DNA of 64,000 nucleotides, taken from the human T2T-CHM13v2.0 reference genome, Homo sapiens. Location of the stretch: NCBI RefSeq assembly GCF_009914755.1, contig NC_060936.1. One strand, written 5' to 3'. Shown here piece by piece: positions 54,745 through 64,000 of the stretch. The number at the start of each line of letters is the position of its first letter. Positions within the stretch are counted from its first letter, which is position 1. The position numbers and the translations under genes are program-made. The notes under the pieces are model-generated. The model had not been told where the DNA came from, searched no databases, and worked only from the letters and a program-made list of their open reading frames with translations.

Positions 54745-55212
54745 GTAAGAGCAGGACACATTCATTGCACCTGGAAGGTAGAAAATATAAATAGAAGAAA
54801 GAGAGGTGCAAATCAACCCACTTCTATTCAACCCACCAGCATAGTCAACCTGTGACATTTACTACCATGGGGAGCTGCTGAGGCAGGGTAGAGTTGGATT
54901 TGAGGAAGGATTAGATAATTTTATGAGCATGACTAACATTTAAAGCTATGTGAGCTAAAACAAAAAAGATACGAGGAAATGAAGTCTCATGTTCCAGGAT
55001 GTAAATTGATCACATGTGGAAGGAGGGGCAAAAGGAATTCCCACCTCGCAATCCAGCGTGGGATATTACAGAATGAGCCAGTTGCAATAGGCTTGACTTT
55101 CCCTCTTTATTTTCCTTTTCCTTTTCTCTGGTACATCTGATTCTGGCTAAACAGTAGGTGGGGATATTAGCCCTGACAAATAGCGATTTGATCCCACAGG
55201 GCAACTCCTATT
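54745..55212 (+). mobile_element. CR1/L3-clade 3' end (ORF2 C-terminus and 3'UTR)
   Basis: SRTHSLHLEG..., SIVNL*HLLPWGAAEA and GFEEGLDNFM versus CR1 TRGHSLKL, RIVNLWNSLP.EVVEA and FKKGLDKFM. Confidence 0.7.
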
Positions 55213-56109
55213 GAAAACCAAGATAACACAAATATTTTCAATTCTTCAAGTTGAACCTAGACTAAGTATTTTGTTTTGCGGGTGATCCCTCTGTTCTTTT
55301 ATTAAGAGAAGATCATTTTATGAGAACTAAGAATATTTGCATTCCTAGCATTTAAAATTCTCAACAAACACATTGCTCAAGCAAATAAAAAGAATAGAAC
55401 CAAGTAAGGTAAGATCTTCTTAATTAGTTGAGACTTTTGAGCAAGGATGAATCCAGTCTTGAAGTACTGGCAATTTCAAAATACTCATTTTACCTTAAAC
55501 ATACAAATAAAATGTTTTTCTGAGCTGCAGTATTCTGAGCTTGGTGATGATTGAAGGCCCTGGAAGAGGGGATGGCAGATTTTATTGGGCTGGATGGGTT
55601 CTCACCCGCCATCTCCCCATGGGAAATTTTGTAAAAATATTCAACTCTAATGGTTCAGTGAAAAGCATTTGGGCCTCAGGGAATCAACGGGAGCTAAGTT
55701 TTATAGAGTGAATCCCATCTGGGACTAGAAGAATTAAGAAACAGAACTATGGGAGACAGGCAACAAGAGGAATAGCAATATCAGCCCCATGGTACAAAAA
55801 GTTAGTCTTTCATTGTATAAGCAGTGCTATGATTTCCTGCATTAAGATTACAAAAGCAATCAGATCAGAGATTGTGGACTTTTTTCATTATAGGATTTGA
55901 GTTGACCCTTTCTTCAACTATGAATTCTTTGGTTGGGGAACAGCCCTGATTTCCAATATGAACCCTAAATATCATTTGCTTCAGGAAGGATTTTTCCTGT
56001 TGGTTCTTAGCAATGTTTCTGAACTTGTGGCAATGGTTGTCTATACAAAATTGACTACTCCATTCTCTTATCCCTTCCTCCCTAGCATAGACCACTTCTC
56101 ATTATAAAA

Positions 56110-56412
<303 letters not shown>

Positions 56413-57769
56413 TATAAAACTTAAAATTCCAAACAGGCATCTAGTTTTGCAGCCTTATCTTGCACCTAGAATTGACTATGTGACTCAGTTGTGGCCACTT
56501 CTGGCTTGGAGGATGCTAGGAAATATTTTCCTTTTTGGATAAAAGGAGAGAAATATGGGAGGAGAGTTGTGTTTTCTGTTTGTTTGTTTGTTTGCTTGCT
56601 TGCTTGTTTGTTTTTCTGGCTATCCCTTCTCTCTCCTTGACATAGTGGGGAAAGAATGTGGCATTTCATACTGTGGCAATTATTTTGTGACCATGAGATG
56701 ACAAACTTGAGGATCAAAGGCACCATGGTATCATTGACAAGATGGAAGGGGAGAAAAATCTTGAGTTCATAATGACATCCCTGAGCCACTACAACAACCC
56801 TGAGACCATGAGCCTGTTGATTTCTTGAAGCCACTTTTAGATGGATATTCTGTTACAGCCCAAAGCCTTCTAACTATTAAATACACCCAGTGAAAATGTG
56901 GCTATGTGTTCCAATAGAGCACAGAACCCCAAAGAAACACACGGCCTGTGACTTCTGGTCATATCGAATCACTGATATTCCCTGATGTACACTGGCATAT
57001 TTCTCTTGGAAAAAATAGCGAACCAGGGCTTCCTTGATGGTTGTCTGAGAATTCATTGGCTAATACTGGCAGAGCCTAAGGCCATGAACATGCTCATCAT
57101 TACTAAGGAGGCAGCAATCCTGGAGGTTGCAATTCAACATGAGAAAGAAAAGGAGGATTTTGCTCCAAATTCCACACAAGGTTTCCTTCCCTCTTTTTCT
57201 CATTTCCCACAATCTTACCCTTTTCTTTGTGTCTTATTTTGGCTTCAGAAAACCTCTTTACCTTTTCATTTTCCAATTCTGATGTTACTTAATTCTTCAA
57301 TATGGTAAAGCAATAAAAAGAAAGCTGGCTGATAATCTGAGAACAGTGCCAAAAATGTATGTTTGGAATGTTAGGACTTTATTGAAAAATACGACTTTAT
57401 TGAATAAGCAGAAATTTTGTTAAGCTCCAAAGGAATCTAACCATCTCCCCTCCCCCACCATCAGTGCCTAAATTTCACATCCTCTGATAACTTAAGTGCC
57501 TTCCCAGACTGGCATATCTTCTAGTCTGCATATCCTAAACTACAAATCCAATACTATCGAGTGACTGGAAATGGTACAACTCAAAAGGCTAGGAAAAATC
57601 CTGCTCTATGGAAACACATTCATTTTTAAAATTTCTTTATTTCAAACGTTTCCATCCTAATTTCCCTTCTTGAAGAATTTTCATTATACATGAGCAGGGA
57701 ATTATGATGTGTGTCATATTTTACAACTTAGCTAATTTGAAGATACTTTTTTCTTTTACATCTGTTAGA

Positions 57770-57882
57770 TTTTTTTAAAAAAAAAGTGTATTATACTTTA
57801 AGTTCTGGGATACATGTGCAGAATGTGCAAGTTTGTTACACAGGTATATGTGCCATGGTGGTTTGCTGTGCCCTTCAACCCG
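57770..57882 (-). mobile_element. Short L1PA 3' end fragment
   Basis: TTATACTTTAAGTTCTGGGATACATGTGCAGAATGTGCAAGTTTGTTAC. Confidence 0.85.
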
Positions 57883-58589
57883 ACCATCCTGAGCTCAAAG
57901 CCCAGAATCAGAGCTGATGAGTAACCAAGGAATTCAGATTTTAGTACTGAAAATAATGTATAGGAAATTCCATTGTTCTGGAGGACAAGAATTTAGCATT
58001 CATAGCTGAAATGTGTAAGAGGAAAAAAATTGCCAGAAAAATGCTGTTTGCAATGCTGTGAGGGTCTGCTCTAAATGGTGTTTCTTGTGGGAGGGACTTG
58101 GTGTGACGCGGTGTTGTGTGTTTTGGTTTTTGGTTTTCATCTGGAGGCTTTTTTGCTTTTGTTTCTCAGATCGAGGAAAGGAGGTCTGCCTGAAAAGGAG
58201 CCAGAGTGGTTCCGCCCAGACTGACGTGCTTCTGGCAGCCGGTGTGTACTGCTTGGTGACTGCTCTTTCATTTCAGGTGGTGATTTACCAAATGCCGCTT
58301 TTTTTCTGTATGACACAGGCGTGGCCAAACATAGTCACCACTCAGAATGTTGGGGAAGTTTCTCGTCCCCATCAAACAGAGGGAGCAACCCTTGGTGGTT
58401 CAACAATGAAGCCTCCATTAGCTGAGAAGTCTAACTGTGATTTATCATTCCCTACCTATAAAGATTGTAAACAAATCAGGAAGCTTTCTGAGTCTCTTAG
58501 TCCTCTACTTCCAGGTAGAAGTGGTAAGAATGTCAACCTTCCCTCACAACATTGTAAGAAGGAATGATTATTTGAATTGATTATAAAAA

Positions 58590-59550
58590 GATGCTCTGCA
58601 TTATTCATCATTAGGGAATTGCAAATTAAAACAACAAGGAGATAACGGCTACATACCTATTAGGACGGCTAATATCCAAAACGCTGACAGTACCAAATGG
58701 TAGAGCAACAGGAACCCTCCTTCATTGCTGGTGAAAATGTAAAATGGTTCGACCACTGTGGAAAACAGTTTGGCAGTTTTTTACAAATCTAAACACACTT
58801 TTATCATATCATTCTGCAATCATGCTCCTTGATATTTTCCCAAATGAGTTGAAAACTTAGGTCCACCCAGAAACCTCTGCACAAAAGTTTATAGCAGCTT
58901 TATTCATAATTGCCAAAACTTAGAAGCCACCAAGGTGTCCGTCAATAGGTGAATGGATAAATAAACTGTAGTATATTCATACAGTGGAATAGTATTGAGC
59001 ACTTAAAAAAGAAAAAGAGCTATTAAGCCACAAAAAAGAAACGGAGGAAGCATAAAGGCATATTACTAAGTGCAAGAAGCCAATCTGAAAAGGCTACAGA
59101 CTGTATGATTCCAACTATAAGACATTCTGGGGAGGTAAAATTATGCAGACAGTAAAGGATCAGTGTTTGCCAGGGTTTTGGGAAGATGGAAGGAGGAATT
59201 AATAGATGGAACACGGGATTTTTAAGCCAATGGAACTATATTGAATGACACTGAAAGGGTAGCTACATGGCATGATAGATCTGTCAAAGCCCACAGACTG
59301 TACAACACAAAGAGTGAACCATATGTAAACTGTGGGCTTTGGTCACAAAGAGCGAACTGTAATGTAAACTGTGGACTTTGGTTGAACATGAGGCATCAAT
59401 ATTACTTCATCAGTTGTAACAAAACATACTGTGACATGTTGGTGGTGGAAGGGGCTGGGTGTGTGTTGGGGGATGGTTATGTGGAAACTGTACTTTCTGC
59501 TCAATTTTATTGTGAGCCTAAAACTTGTAAAAAATGAAACTTATTAATTA
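58590..59550 (+). mobile_element. L1MC-type 3' fragment
   Basis: CATTAGGGAATTGCAAATTAAAACAACAA...GAAAACAGTTTGGCAGTT...CTGTACTTTCTGCTCAATTTT...CCTAAAACT. Confidence 0.8.
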
Positions 59551-59649
59551 AAACTAAATCGATTTTAAAATCTAGATAAAAGTTATTATGAAGCAGAAAG
59601 TGAATATAATCATATAATTATATAAATTAATAAAAATAATTGTTGAATG

Positions 59650-60180
59650 CATGCTTTAGGATTAAGTTCAGTTGTACACAACACAGAAAACAACAACAAG
59701 TGTGGTTTAGACAAGATAGAAGAATATGTTTCTCATGTATGCAAAATAAGCCTAGAAGTAGGCAGTCCGGAGTTGGAATGGTGATTCCACAGAGACTTTG
59801 GGGACCAAGGCTTCTGGCTTTGCTGAGACTCCCATCTCAGCATCTTACTCCCATCTCTTGGTCTGATATAATTGCCAGAACTCCAGCCATTACATCTGCA
59901 TTCTAAACAGCAGAGAGCGAGGAAGGAGGAAATACTGGCATGCCTCCTCCCTTAAATGCAGACTTACAGGAAGTTTCATATTATAGTTCTGCTTTTATCT
60001 TATTGGTCAAGAACTTAGACAAATTGGCACATCTACCTGTGAAGGAGTCTCACAATTTTTTACCTGTTGAATGTACACAAAATTTAAAAAATCTGCAGAG
60101 AGGTCCAGCTAAAAATCAGGGCTCTGTTTCTAAATAAAAAGAAAGAAAGGGATGTTGGAGTAGGCAGCTAGCCATCTGAG
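59650..60180 (-). mobile_element. Old MLT1-type LTR
   Basis: AACAAGTGTGGTTTAGACAAGATAGAAG...GAACTCCAGCCATTACATCTGCATTC...GGATGTTGGAGTAGGCAGCTAG. Confidence 0.6.
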
Positions 60181-61380
60181 ACTTTGAGCAACTGTTGCTA
60201 AGTTAAAAATACAGTGCTAGAGGCAGAGGATGAAAAACACATTAGATCAATAGGAGAAATAAACATGCAAGCACGCGGCTATTATATATGGTGGCAATTT
60301 GTTAATGGCACAAGGATTTCAAAAGAGGATGTGCGTATGCCCAGTTGGGATTGATCAGAGAAGCCCTCCTAGAGGGAAGGATATTTTACAAAGACCTAGA
60401 AGGATGGAGAGAATTTGAATGGTAGGAAGTGGTGGAAAAAAAGGCAAACTTGGCATAGGAAATGGCATGAGAGAAAGCAAGTTGTTATTTGATAAAGAGG
60501 GATATGCCTGTTATTGGTGCATTTTATAGTCTGCACAGATACAGAAAGTGCCTAGGCAGGAAGAAGTTTATGTCTGTAGTTTGGACATCTACCCTAATGA
60601 CATCAGTTTCTCTATTCACAATCTGTCCATCATTCCCATGGGGTGGGAGGTGAGGAAGAATTCCATTCAACAACACACACTTAGAGTATCTCAGGCAAAG
60701 AGACTTTTTTTCTTTTGTATTTATGATAAAACACCCAAATATGTATCCAAGTGGGATTACCAGCCTGGGTTGGATCCAAGAGACTTTGGTTACTAGAACT
60801 ATTTCTCATCATAAATCCCCAAACAAGTTGAGTTTTTCACTTCCTCTCCTAATCTGCCATGGAGCACAGCCGAGTTGCTTGAAGTCATCTACTTCTTGGC
60901 AGTGGCTACAATTCCAAGATGATGGAACGATTCTTTTCCATATACATCATTATTATTTCTAGTATAAATATTTATCAAGCACTCACTGTGCAATAGAGAA
61001 GAGCTCCTGCTTGGTGGTCTTTCCAGCTGAACAAAACAAACATGAGTAGAGGTTGAGGGAAGAGGTGGGAAGAGAACCTCAGCTGGTGGGAAACAATAGG
61101 AATTGCTTCCCCACCCCACCTCCTTTTATTCATGTTGGATGTTGTTTGGACTTGACTGCCATATTTCAGATACGTAAAATGTGTTTTTATTTGTTTAACA
61201 TATGCTTTATAGGGCTTACCATGTGCTGTGCACTATTCTAAGCTCTTTACAAATATTAACACATTCAATCCTCATAGAATCCTGTGAAATAAGTCATTTT
61301 ATTATCCCTATTTGCAGATGAGGAAACTGAGGCACACAGTAATTTGCCCAAGGTCGCTAACTGGGCACAGTGACTCTAGA

Positions 61381-61515
61381 GCAACACTGTTCAGTAGAAC
61401 TTTCCCTGATGTCAGAAGTGTTCCATATTTGCGCTGCCCAATAGGGTAACCACTGGATACGTGTAGCTGTTGAGCACTTGAAATGTGGCTTGTATGACTG
61501 AGGAAGTGAACTTCT
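61381..61515. mobile_element. MER3-type hAT MITE, truncated
   Basis: TGTTCAGTAGAACTTTC...GCGCTGCCCAATA...GAGCACTTGAAATGTGGCTTGTATGACTGAGGAA; second terminus absent. Confidence 0.7.
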
Positions 61516-61529
61516 GAAAGTTCAGAAGG

Positions 61530-61590
61530 CCACCCACCTCACCCTCCCAAAGTGCTGAGATTACAGGCATGAGCCACCACACCCAGGCCG
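61530..61590 (-). mobile_element. Alu 5'-end fragment, about 60 nt
   Basis: CCTCCCAAAGTGCTGAGATTACAGGCATGAGCCACCACACCCAGGCC with no body or tail. Confidence 0.8.
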
Positions 61591-61841
61591 CCTTTCTTTC
61601 CTTTCCTCTCCCTTCCTCCCTCCCTCCCTTTTTTCTTTCTTTCTTTCTTGCTTGCCTGCCTGCCTTCCTTCCTTCCTTCCTTCCTTTTCTTTCTCTCTCT
61701 TTCTTTCCATCCCTCCCTCCTCTCTCTCTCTTTCTTTCTTTCCTTTTCTTTTCCTTTCTTTTCTTTTCTTTTTCCTTCCTTCCTTCCCTTTTCTCCTTCC
61801 TTCCTTCTCTTCTCTTCTCTTTTCTTTCTCTTTCTTTTTTT
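61591..61841 (+). repeat. Long CT-rich low-complexity repeat (TTTC/TTCC/CTCT)
   Basis: Directly visible; almost purely pyrimidine. Confidence 0.95.
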
Positions 61842-62500
61842 GAAGGAGCAAGAGCCAAGAATATAGAGATTCTTTTGTAAAACAGTGATCCTTCCTGGTG
61901 CATTTGCTGTTTAATTATGATAAACAACATGAGATATAAGTTTATAGAAAAATATGAGCAAGTCACTCAGGTGGTGCCATTCTCTATTCCCTGGCTATTA
62001 AATAGGACTACAAAAAAGCTCTATCTCCAATGCAAGTTTTCTCACAATTGGTAGCAGATGAGGAGGTCAAAGAGGAGAAATCAACGGCTGGTTAGGTCAT
62101 GCACATTTGGTAGCACAGACCATTGTTAAAAGCAAAAAGCAACATTATAGTATCTGGTGCCTGCTTGGGAAAATGAAGAGCAGGACAAGGTCATGTGTGT
62201 TATCTTGCTGTCATCAAGACTACTACTCCCTCTTTTCTCTCTTTCCCTCCCATCTTAATGCTTCTCTACTTTACTCAGCTTTCATGGTTAAACTCAAATT
62301 CCACTTCTTCCTTGAAAGCTGCCCTCCTGTCTCCATGTGAAAGCATCCTCCCTACAATATGACTGTATGTTTCTTCTGGTACTCAATGGGTTCTATACTA
62401 TATAATAGCTAAGTAAGTACAAGTCCTAACTCTCCTACTTACTCTCAACTCTTAAAGGTCTGATTTCTGTTTGTATTAATTTTCTGTAAAACTTCATACA

Positions 62501-62693
62501 AACCTGGGCAACATAGTGAATGAGACCCTGTCTCTATTAAAAAAAAAAAAAATTAGCCAGGCGTGGTGGCACGCACCTGTGGTCCCAACTACTCAGGAGG
62601 CTGAGGCAAAAGGATCGCTTGAGTCAAAGAGGTTAAGACAGCAGTGAGCCATGTTCACACCACTGCACTTCACCCTCAGCGACTGAGTGAGAT
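62501..62693 (+). mobile_element. Partial AluJ (right portion, no tail)
   Basis: CCTGGGCAACATAGTGA...AATTAGCCAGGCGTGGTGGC...GGATCGCTTGAG. Confidence 0.75.
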
Positions 62694-63092
62694 GTGCTCA
62701 CATTCCATAGATTATTTTAACTTTCATCCCTGTTTCCCTATTTCTAGCATGCACTTCTATGATAGCATTAACAGTATTGTATTGTAAAATTTGATGATCG
62801 TATCTCTCCCCAAGACTGTAAGCCCTTTTAGAGTAGCACCTACCTTAAAATAGTTGCTCTATAAATGGCAAGCAACTATTTTCTGAATGAATGGTCATTC
62901 TCAGAAATTTGTAGTATATGTAGTATGTTTGTCTTTTGTCTAAAACAAAATGGATCCCTCCTCCAATGAAACTCTTCTATATTAGTATTAGATTAAGCAC
63001 TAGGTAATATCAAACTAACTTCAGCATTTTATAATAGCCCTGCTGTAAGGAAAGACAATGCATAATTGTCCTAGAGAATGAGGCCATTTTCA

Positions 63093-63431
<339 letters not shown>

Positions 63432-64000
63432 TTAACCTTGTCCAAAGGACATAGGTCATCCAAAGAGGTTTGAATTTTAGGGTACTGCACAGAACCCAGA
63501 ATAGAAAAGAAGTGTGAAAACTGGCAAGACATTGCAATTTTCTACAAGTATGTAAAGCTCAAACTAAAAAAGAACATTTTTGAGAATTTTAAGAAGTATA
63601 TGTGAAGGATCCTCTGACATTAGTTTTAGTGAAGGAAGGGGCAGAGATAGACCAAGATCACTTTAGCAACCTATAATTTGGTTTAATTGATCGAGCAGGG
63701 AGAAAAAAGAAAGGAGAAAAAGAATAAGGAGATCGTGAAATTGAAAAATGTAAAATACTGTAACAGAAATTACTGTAGCTTTGCTTTGAGTAGTACTGGA
63801 AAAGTTTGTTATACTAGGAAATAGTCATATAAATGGAAAGATGGTTTTTCATGTCTTTTATGACTTGTTGTAAATGATTAATTAAATACTCTGAGTGTTT
63901 CATTAAATATATGCATTCCTTCCAAATTAAAGTGTGCAGAGACTCGTTATAAATAAATTCATTGGGTGAATGAAAGGAGCATTTACTTCTAAAGGAATAT

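Noticed and set aside
58058-58567. 169-aa ORF with a good acceptor at 58169 and a TGACGT motif
   Set aside because: Non-ATG start, low-complexity N-terminus, MIR-like C-terminal region and no recognisable domain. A non-coding exon cannot be excluded but is unsupported.
61412-61966. 184-aa K/E/R-rich ORF and overlapping F/L/S-rich ORFs
   Set aside because: Translations of the CT-rich repeat plus Alu and MER3 fragments.

Overview
Primate, most likely human, genomic DNA (three AluYa5 copies are present and this subfamily is largely human-specific). It is AT-rich and dominated by transposable elements. I can support no protein-coding gene, tRNA, rRNA or processed pseudogene; the ORF track is explained by Alu, L1, LTR and simple-repeat frames or chance, so the window is intergenic, intronic or lncRNA-type sequence. 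Main contents: the intact 5' end of a minus-strand L1PA2/3, whose antisense promoter and ORF0 point into the window and which carries an AluYa5; two MER41B solo LTRs with intact STAT (GAS) motifs; a strong CTCF motif; an old L1M with nested insertions; a twin-primed 5'-inverted L1PB; three CR1/L3 fossils with readable protein motifs; and a compound AAG/GAG/CAG repeat. The most system-like candidate is a TE-assembled, possibly interferon-responsive + strand non-coding unit in the first 8 kb, which is inference from motifs only. All subfamily names come from recalled consensus sequences, not from a RepeatMasker/Dfam run.
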